DNA of 60,476 bases, the filler included, from Sphacelaria rigidula (taxonomy: Eukaryota): the NCBI GenBank assembly GCA_964200075.2. It is 7 parts of 7 records of this genome, joined end to end, with 100 filler letters (N's around TTAATTAATTAA, not from the genome) between each part and the next. Parts side by side here need not be neighbours in the genome. Positions count along the whole stretch, not along the records: positions 1 to 8,554 come from CAXNAA020010798.1; positions 8,655 to 17,208 come from CAXNAA020010799.1; 5 more parts are not named here. One strand, 5' to 3'. Within the stretch, counting starts at the first letter, position 1, and the number at the start of each line of letters is the position of its first letter. Position numbers and translations under genes: made by a program. Below are positions 1-12,800 of the stretch, piece after piece. The notes under the pieces were generated by a model, which ran no database searches, was not told the DNA's origin, and saw only the letters and a list, made by a program, of their open reading frames with translations.

Positions 1-1147
1 ACATTCTGTCATTTCCTTCACCATTCTCCACATCTTTCCTCTGATCCCAGGTTCCCCCAACTTCTTCCACAAACCATTTCTCCATACTGTGTTATAAGCC
101 TTTTGCACGTCTAGAAAGAAACAGTACGTTGTCCGCCCGGTGTCTTTCGTACCCTGAATAATTTTACTTAGTGTGTACACATGGTCTACGCAACGACGCT
201 TTGGTCTGAATCCTGCTTGTGCGTCGCTGATGTTGTCTTCCTTCCTTAACATTGTTCCCACTCTATCGTTCAGAGTCTTACAGAATGTTTTACCCACCGT
301 GTCTTTTCCTGGGGAGGGGGGCTATATCGCGGTATCAGTCTACGACTAGAGCTGCATGTCGACAGTTATTCTGGTTTATCACTCAAAGCCCCCTGACAAG
401 CCTCCACCCAGAAGTGTGCCGACTCATCATAACCGTCGCGTATACCTTCACTAATCGAGCGCACGTCTTGTCTCCCCAGGCGATGAATTTCGATGCTGAG
501 CTCGAAAAAGCGGACCAATGGGCGCTCTCTAAACGCACCGTGGAGTTGGCAAAATTAGGGCTGGAAGATGGCGGACCGGGTCAGGTGACACAAATCGGAG
601 ATGGAGGGCGCGGGACCAAGTCTGAAAGTATCTCGCTCTTCAAGGGTCCTGTTTCCCGCTTGAAATGCCACAACTGCTGAAATATTCTCTTGGGTCGCCG
701 AAATTTACGAACGTCGGACTTCCATCAAATTGCTGTTTTCCAATCATGGTGTATTATTGTGTCGGGGTGTTCCAAGTGCACAAACGTTTTCAGCGAAAGC
801 TTGTGATAATCTTCGGAGTATCGTAATGTGCATTTTTACAAGTAGGGTGACGGGAAGCGTTTTCCCCCCCGGACTTGCATGTACCTAGGGTGATATTCCC
901 CAGTCAAACTGACGATACTATTTTTGGTTCTCCGCCCTCCCCAAATTACACGACCGAGGTTAAATACAAGAGCGTCCCCCGCATTTATACACATCTCTCT
1001 TGCGATTGGATCATGACCCTCCTCGGCACCTTTGCTCGATAATTTGATCACCAAGGTAGTCAATGTTCGTCCTGGAGGGCTAACGCGCGATTTTTATGAA
1101 ATACATATTTTGTGTAATACAGAATACGCGCATTACCCTTCATTTTA

Positions 1148-1376
1148 AAATTCGGCGTAACGGTCGACGAGAAAAAAGGGAATGCTGAACTCCTCTCGCG
1201 ATAAAAAATACAGGCAAGCACCGCAGAAAAAAGGTGAGGTACTAAAAATAAATGAAAAAGAAAAAAGCTCCTGTGTTGACCTTCTTTCTGTGTGACCCCG
1301 GCTGGTGCGCCCACATATACCGAAAGGTGTAGACTGGCGTCCAGAATAGATGGGACGACAACACACAACAACACAC
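1148..1376 (+). mobile_element. 5'-truncated copy of the same SINE with a long target-site duplication
   Basis: The body matches 16200-16419. It is flanked by a 32-bp direct repeat (1116-1147 and 1377-1408, 2 mismatches). Confidence 0.85.
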
Positions 1377-3149
1377 AATACAGAATGCGCGCATTACCCT
1401 TTATTTTACGTTCCCAAACCAGGTCGCGCACGAAGCGCTGATAGGTTAACGGAAATTAACTCGACCGCCCCCCGCCTTGCTCATCGTCGCAAAACTCGTC
1501 TTGGACGGGCGTTTTGCTCAACGTGCACCAGGAGGGAAAGCGACCAAAGCCGGAGGATATCCATCCCGCATTTCTGGGTTATTTCCATCGCAAGAAATTC
1601 AGCGTCTCCTCGTGCGATTCTCAGGCGAGACGATAGCCAAGACATGAGACTGTTTTGATATTCGAGATGAACATTTTTCGTCAGTAGCTCTTGTGTCGTG
1701 GCTCCAGCAGCGAGTCATACGTGCAGAGAGCAGTGCTTGGGTTTGGATGTGCAGCGTTGCATCCTTACATACCGTGTCCAGCAGTACTGTGACCGGTGAT
1801 TTATAGCTGGCGCATCCACAAAGGACGACACACGAATAACTGTTTGGCTTCGGTCCAGTACTTCTACATGAGACTAAATGTTCTGATGTAGGCGTATCTC
1901 AAGCCCTAGACCTCTCTGCAGCATTGTTGTCGTATGTCCGCGCCGACATACAAGCGGTCCTCTGTGCCTCGTGTTCTTTGCAATCTGAAACAAACACCAA
2001 CCCTGTACCTACATCCCCAGGTTAAGTCGCCGGTGTTCTTCGGGAAACTGTCAGCGGCTCTGACAAGGCCGCAAAATACTCGTGGGGAGGGAAGCCTCAC
2101 GACCCTCAAAGATCTTGCTAAGCAGAAGGCGTTCCGCTCCATGGGCCAGCCGGTGACCGACGCGGGTTTTGCCAGCAGTGGATCACGCGCATGCATGGTG
2201 GGTAAGACCGCCAAACTTCGCGTAAGGCGCTGGGACGCAACAATGATATTGCTGGTTCATTCTTAGACAACGAGTGCCCTATTGACGAGGGACGGTGTAA
2301 AATTGAAAACTGCCTTGAAAACATTTATCGACTGGGAAACGCCCGGCGGGTCGACAGCACAGTACTTCATCGCGATGGTCGCGTTGTAGAATCGCTCGCG
2401 GAGTACTCTGGGTCGTCCTCAAAGAGTTTGACGGTATCTGGTGTGGTGGTCCGAACACAGCAACGCCCGTGGCTCGTAAGCCAACGTGACCGGCTGTCGA
2501 CAACGAATTTCACTTTCTGCGAATTATTGCCGTGGGACCTAACTAACACAATATGGTGGTATTGTTGCAGCACTGGCGCGGCGGAACACCCCACCTCCTC
2601 CTAACAAGAGTGTCGATGGCTGTGAATGTCCCTTTGAATATAAATAGCACTCCCGTTAGTACTGCTAAGCCTCCCACTACTTCCCGTCTGCCACGTCCCA
2701 TGAATTTAGTATGATAACGTTAACATGTCACATTTCATCGATTTATCCATATATACATTCATATACACGTTCATACACACAGATATATGCCGTTAGTGCG
2801 CGTCCTCTTCTTGCAGAGATATCCTAAATCAGATAGTCGCGCAAAATTGACCAAAGCGCTGAGGTCATGTGTTGCGGAGCCCAACTGAAAACGATGTAGT
2901 ATAGCAACACGGGAAACATCTGACAAGTTCGACCCGTATGGCCACGAGTATGCGTGTGTGATCTGTGGACATTGAGCCCGCCTCTTTCCCAACCCAGCAA
3001 CATGCATTTTTCAGCTATTATAGCTTACGATGAACCGTGTAGATGTTTCGTTGTTTGCCTTCCTCTGCGGGCTGGTTGATTTATGGCCATGGGTGGTATG
3101 CTCCTTCCACTCTGCGACCACGGGTTCGAGAGATCGAGCTAGTATGACG

Positions 3150-4090
3150 AACATAATAATAACAATAATAATAATAATAATAATAAAAACAGTAATAAGC
3201 CAGATCATTTTCATCTCGAATCTGCTTTTTGCTTTGGTAATGCCGTTTCTCACCCCATTTGACAAGCTCAAACTATGGAAGAAGTACATGGATTCATGAT
3301 CATCTCGAAGAACGGCGTTCACCAGAAGACATTCGGGGTGGCGCGCTATGTTGGAAATGCTAGGGCAATACCTCCGATAATCATTACTTCCAGAGATCTC
3401 CATTAAAACGAAGCAGGAGCTCACACCCCCCGCGACATATGCGTGCCGCCGGAATACGATGATGTCTACCAGGCTTTTCCTCTGGCTCCAGTGACCCGTG
3501 GAAAGGTCCGGCAGCGTGTACGTCCGGTGGGAGAGGCGTATGACAGAGGGGAAATGATCCACCCTTCCTGCTTTGGGTGAGGGCTAACAGTTGTATACGG
3601 ATGTTCTCTGAACGACCTCTGACGGGTACGGTACGAAGCTTTCGTGTCGCTTCTGTGTTGTCGTTACTTGCTCTGCGCCCTTGCTATCGGGTCATGATGC
3701 CCGCGTAGATCGTTTTCACGAGCGGTGATTGCTCCTGGGTCCCCAGCTACTCGAAGTCACGTGCCCTGCGGTACGAGGGACGAATGCTGTAGCCAGAGGC
3801 AGGAGGAAACACTGTTCTTCTGCGAGGCGGGTCATGTCTTGACTAAATCGATGGTCACCGTTCCTCTCAAGTTGTAGAAGAGAAAAAAAAAAAAGGGACA
3901 CGTCGTGGGATCTTAATTCTTGAGAAGGTTTCCGTGGGCCTGTGACCCGATCGACAGTCTCGTATCGGGGTGGGCTTCTACGGAGAGGCAGGAGGTAGGT
4001 TCATGCTATAGTGGGTGGCCCCTTATGAGGCTGGTACGTGTCGGCAAAAACACTGACCTTACACAGCGATCGGCCTTGTAAAGGTTGAGC
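3150..4090 (-). mobile_element. Possible decayed 3' end of a non-LTR retroelement with an (ATT)n tail
   Basis: Broken coding-like minus-strand sequence ends in an (ATT)n microsatellite at ~3152-3185. No diagnostic domain recognised. Confidence 0.25.
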
Positions 4091-5092
4091 TCACCGACAA
4101 GGCCAGTTCCGTCTTATCATGACCACACGTAAGGCCGTGGCTGCGCCATAAAGGCGATTTTACACGTTATGGTTAACACTAGAACGCCAGTAGAAAAAAA
4201 CATCGGCTGTTACTCGACGTGCTCCACCACTGCCGGGTCGCTGCCGGAAATATGAAGACCCTCCATCCGAGAGGTATATAGCTGTGCCCTATTCTTTTAT
4301 GGCATTCACATTTTTTCGTGCGTATGGTATTCGGAGTATATCATTAGCTGCCGTAAACATGTGCAGCCTCGGAAGCGGTGTTTTGTAGAATACCCCGAAA
4401 ATCAAGGGGCTTAGATGCGTGGCAGGAACACGTGAGCGTTTTTCATATCTTCACCGCCTGCATGGAGAATAGTTGGTAAACGTGACTGTCACTTGAATGT
4501 CTACTTCCTGTGCCGAGTTAAACGCCCTACAGCACTTGTAGTACATACGTGGAGGCAACCAAAATGTTGAAAGGAAAAAACAAATACCCGTGCGGCCATG
4601 ACCGAAAAATATTGTCTTTCCTGAAAATGAAGGGAGTGTGAGAAGACGAAAGATGAAGCCGAACTCAACACGACGGAGCAGCCGAATCTAATCAAATGTA
4701 ATGAAGTCAAGTACTGTACGATGCAGCTTGGGTGTTGAGTGTTGACCGACACGATGCGGAAATGATGGCCGCTTGGGACACATCAGTCTTCGGTTCAGTC
4801 GGACCCACTCTCGAATAACGAACGTCTCTCACTCAGCTACAAGTGGACTGATGTGTGAGTAGTTCGTGCCACAGTAGTTTGAACAAATACGATCATAAGG
4901 AACCGCGGGAAACACTACCCCCGCAAAGAGACAAGCGTATTGCCGTGTTGCAACCTACGACTCCTTACAAGGCCGACCCGGGCCTACGTCGTGTACCGAA
5001 TTGCTTGCTGATCTTATGAAGCGATCGGCGCTATAAAGGTCGATCTTGTAAGGGGCCACCAACTGGATCACCCACCGCACTATAGTACAACA

Positions 5093-5347
5093 GACACTTT
5101 CTACGATACCCCCCCCCCAAAACAAAAACCAGGACAAAGCTGTCACGAAGGAAACGTTCGTACAGCGCCTGATGTTCGGTTTCAGGCTGCATGAAGCGCC
5201 TCATCAAGGCAACATTGGCGAAAAAAAACAAAGCGTGTGAATGCTCAGATGCTCGTTGTGCTCGACTTTCGTCATCTCGATTCACGTCTGGATTTTGGCT
5301 CCCCAAACCAGCCACTTTTGGGGGGGGGGGCTATCGTAGAAAGTGTC
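5093..5347. mobile_element. MITE, 255 bp, 4-bp TSD (AACA)
   Basis: TIR gacactttctacgata-poly(C) / poly(G)-ctatcgtagaaagtgtc, with AACA on both sides. Related copies at 8448-8554 (cut by the contig end) and 39780-40028. Confidence 0.9.
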
Positions 5348-5959
5348 AACACCGAGTCCAACGTGCGATAAACATGCTCCAACAGGCACAAGGAAAGCGA
5401 ACGGACGCTCCCTTGCAGGTCCGCTTCGTAGGCACCGGCCGCGATATCCCCGATGACACGAAACATTTTCTTGGGTATCATGAGTCCGAATGATCGCCTG
5501 CGGCATAGGATACTATGAGATACTGTCGTTTCTTTCAACTGGATCGCGTTTATGTTGATTGTGGCTAGGTCCTTTTTTCTTTCTTTTTTATTTCCTTGCA
5601 GCTTATTTCAAGGAGTTAGCCTGTGATCACGGAAGGCGTCCCCATCAGATGCCCACCACGTAAGTAGACGTACTGCGCAGATATCGGAACGGCTTTGACT
5701 GTGAGGACAACAGCGACAACAACGACAAGTCCGACCCTGTGATTTCGCCCACAGTCCCAGCCTCCAATCCTATCGCAAACGTGTCTATACCCACCTCTAA
5801 CCGTATCCTCAGCCCTCAACCTACCCCCTAGCTTTAGTATTAGCCTGGTCAGGCGAAGCCCGGCGCGCTCCTTCCCGGCTTTGTAGGGACGGACTCCCTA
5901 TGGGGTTGGCGTCGGTTGGCAACGAGGCTGAAAGACATGCCACCTACTGCGTATGCTCG

Positions 5960-6650
5960 GCAGTCAGGTTACCGTTGTTTTCGGCGCGCTTGTGTTTTTT
6001 GCGGTAACGATGATAGCGGTCGAGTTAGATCATATTGTGCAGGGTGGAAGAATCTCACTTCCGAGCACAGGGGATGATCGTACTACGTAGTGTTGGAATG
6101 GTGAGACACTCATGAGGCAGTGTGTAAGACGTAGCTGTCTCTGGAAGTGGCGATGCCAGATAATGAAGCAGCTTATTGGAGGCTGTCATCCAAATGCAAG
6201 ATAATCAGTGGGTCATCCTACGATAGGGGGGGGGAGGGTATTTGATTGCACGAAAAAAACGGCTCATAGTTGTGTCAGACGACCTGCCACACTCGCGGTG
6301 TGCTTGTATTCGGTTCAAAACGGTGTCAAGCAGAACGAATAAGCGTTCTCTATATATAGCAAGCTCGTTCGAACAACCGTTGCTGCCTCCAACGACGATT
6401 TGACTTGGAATTTCGTGCACGAAGTGGCCTGAAATACCCTCCCTCCCCTCTATCGTAGGATGACCCCAGTACGTTTCGGGTCGAATAATCTTGGCAGGAT
6501 GCAGCTCACCCTTCATGCGACTCGCCGGCGTCATCGCAGCGCTTCGCGCTTGGTGATTGATTCCGAACCTGGTGCGGCGAAAATCCAGCGTGCTCCGTCC
6601 CGGCTTTGTAGGGATGCGAGGTCAAATGTCATATTATTACGGCATGCAAC
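5960..6650 (+). repeat. Dispersed repeat family (host of the 6210 MITE); further copies at 42525-42950, 43030-43170 and a fragment at 25805-25862
   Basis: Colinear similarity between copies (gagttagatcatattgtgcagggtgga...catgaggcagtgt...ctggaagtggcgat...gcttcgcgcttggtgat...gggatgcgaggtcaa). Confidence 0.8.
6210..6466. mobile_element. MITE, 257 bp, 4-bp TSD (CAGT), inserted in another repeat
   Basis: TIR of ~33 bp, gggtcatcctacgatagRgggg...gggagggtattt, with CAGT duplicated. The empty site is visible in the host-repeat copy near 43125-43155. Confidence 0.92.
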
Positions 6651-7582
6651 ATCATGAGAACATCGCAACTTCACTTACCCCTCATCCTAGCTATAGACCG
6701 AGACCTAGCCCGAACCCGAACCCCACGGCTGACCCTGCTCCTGTTCATACAGCAGAGCCTTGACATCCTTGACGCGCTATCGGTCGTGAATTAACCACCA
6801 ATGACAGGATACTCACCATCCAAGACGTGCAGGACAGCTGCTACCAGTCGCCAGTGTTTTTCGGTTATGAGTTGGCGAGGAAACCGCGTGCTCGCGAATC
6901 GACGGCATCAGCCGCCGGAGAGCCGCGGCCTTCGCTTGAAGACTACGTTCGGCGTAAGAGTGGAAATCCGTGTCCTGTGTGTCTACTTGGGAAAGTGGGT
7001 AAGTGTTACATATCGCAGTACTCGGGCGAAAATTGCCGTTCCCCTTGGTGTCCGAACACACAGAAGTACTTCCATGTACTGCGATAGAATATTTTTATAC
7101 CGATCTCGAACGTGGCTCAGAACCCGTCGCACTGCACCTGAGGAATTCGATTGGGTGGGGTATATACCTTCGATTGGATGGGCTACGTACGCAGTTCAGG
7201 TGAGCGATCACGTCGTCGTGCATCACCGTGATGGTGTCTCCATGACGGACGTCGATAGGTATTTTTTATATCAAGCCGCGGCGGTTACTTTGAAGTACCA
7301 GGGTGGCATGAATACTTGTTGTTTTTCGAACGCAACCGTTCCAACCGTTGCTGTAGGCATTTTTTTGTAGCTGCGTTTAACAGGACGGCTTCGGACGAGT
7401 CCGAGCCATGACAAATACTCCGCATTCGACGCACATATTGATGTGGCAGTTGCTGTTTTGTTCCCTTGGTGTTCCTGTGGCGATCACAGTGCTCTAAGGC
7501 TCTCGAACAGGGCTCGTGCGCTTGACAGTACGCATCATCAGGGTTCCATAGGAAATTCGCAGTCCCACGCAAAATAAAGAGT

Positions 7583-7835
7583 AAGGGTCGTTATAAACGG
7601 GGTTGTTTTTTCAAACTTTCCCGACTTTTTCTAGGGAAAAAAAGAAAACTTCCTCGCCGAAATATGTGACAGCAGATTCTCAAGCATGTCAAGAAATGGA
7701 TCAATTAAGACTACATATTTCTCGGAAAACATAGCGTTCGATATTTTTTCAGCAATGTTTTTTTCTGAAGAAATCGGAAATCTTCCCGAAAAAGTCTATA
7801 AAATCTGAATAGAGAGTCTCGTTAATAACGACCCT
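7583..7835. mobile_element. MITE-like element, ~253 bp
   Basis: Inverted ends agggtcgttataaacg / cgttaataacgaccct, an AT-rich interior, and a possible AGAGT duplication. Confidence 0.6.
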
Positions 7836-8554
7836 AGAGTGTAAATATCGTAATCCCGAAATCACAACACTTTCTCGAAGGGTCCCTCAGACGAATACAC
7901 CGTTGATCGACCTTCGAGGCTTTTCAGCACATGTATTGTATCCAACAAACATCTACTGCTACATCTGTTGCTGCTGCTGTAGCTGATGTTCCTTATTGCT
8001 TCAATCGATGAGATTATCCTCTCCTCCTCCAACACACACACTACACACACAAACCCCACTTTGACAACCCTTTCAAATACGGCTTGCCGCTTCATGTCTC
8101 CAGATTTTTCTCCATCTGTCACTACTTGTCATTCGCCCCCGCAATAGCATAACCTGTGAGCAACCAACAAGTACTCCTCTACGACGCATTCGACTTCACC
8201 AGTGATAGATGGACACATCCTTTGTCGCGCTTCTTGTACCAGGTTGCCCGGCGTGCTGGGAATTTCCGGAAGGCTGGAGTCCGGGAGATTTCGCGTTTCT
8301 GGGCCCGTTCAAAGATACTGGCGCCTCCCACTGCGGCTCGACGAACGACTCGAAAGCCTGTGCCAGGTGTGCGCATCAACTACTCTATGGCTTTTCGTAT
8401 TAGTCTTTCGAAAACAAGAGCTGTAAATCTTCTTCAAACACAACCTGGGCACTTTCTACGATAGCCCCCCCCCCCCCCAAACCAGCTCAAAACGTGTCAC
8501 GAAAAAAATGGCCATACAGCGCCTGATGTTTGGGGTCCGGCTGAATGAAGCGCC

Positions 8555-8654
8555 NNNNNNNNNNNNNNNNNNNNNNNNNNNNNNNNNNNNNNNNNNNNTT
8601 AATTAATTAANNNNNNNNNNNNNNNNNNNNNNNNNNNNNNNNNNNNNNNNNNNN
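8555..8654. other. Artificial contig linker (N44-TTAATTAATTAA-N44); identical linkers at 17209-17308, 25863-25962, 34517-34616, 43171-43270, 51824-51923
   Basis: The same 100-bp spacer with a six-frame stop palindrome occurs six times. The intervening segments are 8554, 8554, 8554, 8554, 8554, 8553 and 8553 bp, i.e. length-sorted contigs concatenated. Confidence 0.97.
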
Positions 8655-8663
8655 GCGGGGGGG

Positions 8664-8731
<68 letters not shown>

Positions 8732-9175
8732 CTCTTTTGCACTATCGTGATGATGCGGTATCATCGGACCTATGGCAACACGCCTCGGTCATGTGTACAG
8801 TATCACGTTTTCGGTAGTACCACCGAACTCCTGTTTACGAAATCGACGTGGGCTGAGCAAAGCAACGGCGCGACCAGCAACTTCACTACGTTAAAAAACA
8901 TGCCGCAATCCGATAGAGTGTCCGCGCAAAAACGATTGATCTCTAAATTTTGGTTTGATCCTTTCCAGCCCAACCGTAACCTGCGATTTTATTCCTCGGA
9001 CTCCGATCCATCGACACCAACGTCTCATGTAAGATATCTCTTGGTTGATGATCAGACCCAAATTGAAAAACAGAAACATACTCGTACGTATGCTGTGTGC
9101 ATACCCGCTAGTTGACGTCTTTTGTACGAAAAAATCTATAAACCGGCAGCTAACCTGTGAATGTGAAATACATAC

Positions 9176-9534
9176 CTGAGGTCCGAGCCTGCCGAACTTC
9201 TTCTGAATTTCTCCGGAGCCGAATATGGTGGAAGAGTGCCCCTCTCGTGCCCACCACGGCGCCCGGTATTGCCGCGCTTTGAAGCTTTCGTCGGAGATTC
9301 GGCGGGCCGCGAAGGGGATACACACGCACAGAGAGGATACAGTAAAAATGCAGGAGGCCATCCTCGCATAGGAGAAATCTAGGTATGAAACACAGGCGTG
9401 AATCTGCTTCGAGTGTTTAAACCCGTTCCATTTCTTTTTTTTTATCCACTTTTCTTCAGCGAGTGCTTCCATTTTATTTCTTGTCTCGGGTACGTCTATC
9501 ACATGGATAATGACCACGGCTGGATCATGACTAC
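9176..9534 (-). CDS. Probable exons of an ABHD1/2/3-YheT-type alpha/beta hydrolase (N-terminal region)
   Basis: Candidate exons 9534-9450 and 9284-9176 are phase compatible, and the second ends at a strong CAG|GTATGT donor. They give SHDPAVVIIHVIDVPETRNKMEALAEE(N)FKARQYRAPWWAREGHSSTIFGSGEIQKKFGRLGPQ. YxxPWWxxxGHxxTI is typical of this family. The catalytic region is not seen. Confidence 0.5.
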
Positions 9535-11199
9535 CTGGGAGTCATTTACATTGCGACAATCAATCAGTTGATCAATCTATGAATCTCGTCCTGGCGTAGA
9601 AGCGGCCGTGTGGGACAGTATATCTGGATTTTCCATGACAAGTGTAACGTGAAGTAGAGGCTGAATAGAGTGCCACGGTGGGAAACGAAGCGGGTGACGT
9701 GGCACGCGTGACGGGTCGCGCTTCTGGGAGAGCAACTGTGAGAGTAGGTGACACACCCCAGCAGCAAGGCGACTCGAGAAAAATGCCGGGAAGGGGCTCG
9801 ACTTGGGGGAAAGCCGCAGCAAGACGTGGAGGGCGGTGAGTCATGGGCGCGATAACTCACGATCAGGCGCTGAGAACCATTCGGCATCAGAAGCGAAAGA
9901 GTGGAGCGAAAGTGCACCAGGTCAGCACGCCCCTGGTGTATGGAGTAGAGAATTCGGTTTCTTTGGTTCGATTTTTCTGACGCACAGGAGCTGTAAGGGC
10001 TTTTTCCTAGAGGGAAAAGTGTCCCGTCACCTATCTTCCACTCCACTTGCTCGAAACACGAATAACACCCTCGCACATGTTTCTTTGGGGCGGGTGTCTG
10101 TCCGCGACCAATCGCACGGTAGCTTGCGCGTGGTGGATGTCCTACGGTTGTTGGGGTGGTGAGTGCCGTGCCACCTGTCCGGCTAGTGCAGTCTCTGGAG
10201 AGACTCGAGTGGGTGAGTAACCAGGAGTGTATCACAAGACTCAACGACGCGGAGACGGCTCCTGCAAATCAGTCTTAGAACGCGCATTTGGGATGAAGCT
10301 AGTGTGTCGCCGGAGACTACTACAGGCTCTGATGGTCCACAGAGACAACTAAATAAGACGGAAGGTTGCCGGTTCGAATCCTGACAGACTCTACGGAGAA
10401 AGTACGCTGGGGTGCCCTCAGTGAGTACTGTTCGCAACTGGTTGCTTGCTTTCGTCTTGCTGCCAACCTCCGCGTGACGGTAATGTAATACCGTCTGCAG
10501 CGGTGCAGCGTGGAACTGACTTCGATGGGCGGGGGGTGTACTCATGATGGGGTGGGGCTTTTGTTTTTGTCTCACACATATACTGCTGTCTGTGACTTCA
10601 CCACCCCCTCCCTCACGAGACTGCGATTTGGGTAAAAGTGATGACCCTGCTTCATTTCAACACTCTCGCAGTCAACCTTCCATTCTTTAGAGGAGCACAT
10701 TTGCGGTGTGCGGTGAAACCTATTGCGGAATCAAGCTAAGAGGCAAATCTCCAGATCGCAAGTAAGTTTGGTTCCACAGAACTCTACACCCAAGTCGGGT
10801 TATTGCGACGCCGAACTCCATCTTTTCGGTCCTTACTCGCTTCAAAATTATTTTGCTGGGCGTGTTGATAACCCCTGCAAGATCGCAATACAGGGTGGTT
10901 CGCGCTCATCACCCAAAATTGTGTCATCAGCAAATGCCTTCCGCAATGCCTACCCAATAGTGGCATACATGATATCATGCTGACTGCCATGGACAGCTGA
11001 AGAGTGTGACATGGACGGATTTGTGCGTGAGGCCATAGCGGCGGCGATAAGGGCGAAAAATTATATCGACCAATCAGCGTCCGTCAAATTGTTCCGAGAT
11101 CGAATTTACAAATAAAAAGCCCAATTCACATCCAATCTCCTCATGCTTCAAATCGTAGTGACCGCCCTCGGTTCGGGAATCTAAAGAAATATGTAATTT

Positions 11200-12800
11200 A
11201 AAAGGGTACTACGGGGGTCGTATTATACCCGAAACCGTGATGTTTCGGTGATGTCGGGTGTTGGCGTCGTCTAATTTTCACTAATGACACGCACGAAAGA
11301 CCCAGGGAGCCTCGTGACGGCGTCGGCTTCGTCCCGTTTATCTGTTGTAGAAAAGCTCAGATCGCCCTGAAACTTTGCAGTTCCGTAGATATTGATGCTC
11401 AACATGGAAAAAATGTACTGTTGACAATCTTTCAATATTTCTCCGTTCTCTACCGGATTCCGGGGGTCCCAGTATGAAGACCCCCGCAAGTTACAGAATA
11501 CCCCAGAAAAATGAAAAATTATGCGTCATGGGATAGTCCAAGGAACACATGTACAAGATTTTGATGGAGAAACTCGAAAACCTCATAAATCTTTTCTCGC
11601 CTTGACGTAAAATTCACCGATGAAGAAGTTTCCATACTCAAACCAACTTGTTAGGAGTTGCACGTTTCAAGCCCACGTCCTCCACGCAAAACTTCACGCC
11701 GTTACTAGGAGTTAGACCCTGAAACTTTACACAAGTATGCAGTCTGTCATTACGCAACTTCTGTGGACGAGTTTTTTTCTTCTACTTTTTGAATTTTTTA
11801 CCGTTTTTCGGGGGTCCGACGGGATCCAAGTCGTTGTTCGAAGTAGTCTCCATTCTGGGACCCCGGAAAACCGGCATTACGTTTTTTTTTCGCGAAACAC
11901 TTTGTCGCTGCATAACCCAAGGAAGGGCCCCACAAAATTTCGTCGCAAACCTCGATGAACGGATGCTTGAATTTTCATGCTCACGTCAAAGAAGGCCCAA
12001 AAACGTTGTTTTCGTACCAACATCGAGCAATTCGCGGTTTCACCGCGGCACGGCGAAGTTCATCGCACAAAAGTTAAAAACCTCACGCCGTTTGGGGTCG
12101 TTAGACCCTGAAAAATTGCAAAAGTGTGCTACGGGTCATAACGCAACTTGTGTGAACGAGGCTTTCATTATTTTTGCCGTTTTACGGGGGTCCGATGGAT
12201 CGATATTCCCCCGAAAAAACTGGGACCCCCGGGAAACGGTGGAACAAGTAAACAAGTGACGAAACCCTCGACCTCCGAAATTTGCGTAATATCCCATAGA
12301 AATATTTGCAAAATTCAGCTTCATAACTCCTTCACACGGCGTGAGGTTTTGCTGATGAGTGTTTTTTGGGTGATGAGGGTGAACCAGCTCGTATACCGTT
12401 TGGAAATGGTTGGTATGATTCCCGATGTGACGTCATCATGTGCGAATCTCTACGTAAATCACGTGCCCGTATGTAGTGCTCAGCCATAGCGCTCGCTCGT
12501 TTGCTGGAGTCTGCTGCATCAAACACAGCCGTGTAAATCTCGCGACAGTGGAATTTATCGTGTAATCGTCTGTGTGCACCGGTGATACGGGCAAACATTT
12601 CACTTCCACATTTCCAGAATAACGCAAAAAAACTTGGTCAAACTGAAGTATCTCAACCTCAAGGCCCCCGGTATATTTTAACAGTCATTTACCGCTAACT
12701 ATATCGAGAAGCTCAAGTTTGAGATACCTCAAGGTGATGTCGAAAATCCAACTTCACCCAAATCACTTGAATTCAGATCACCGGGGTACATTTTGATCCA
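11200..12800. repeat. Probable non-autonomous DNA-transposon-derived region with an internal duplication
   Basis: ~11680-11875 is repeated at ~12070-12240 (gttagaccctgaaa...acgcaactt...cgggggtccga...tgggacccc). The region is non-coding. Confidence 0.45.

Noticed and set aside
8599..8610. Recurrent TTAATTAATTAA palindrome at a regular ~8.65-kb spacing
   Set aside because: It is an assembly linker embedded in Ns, not biological periodicity.
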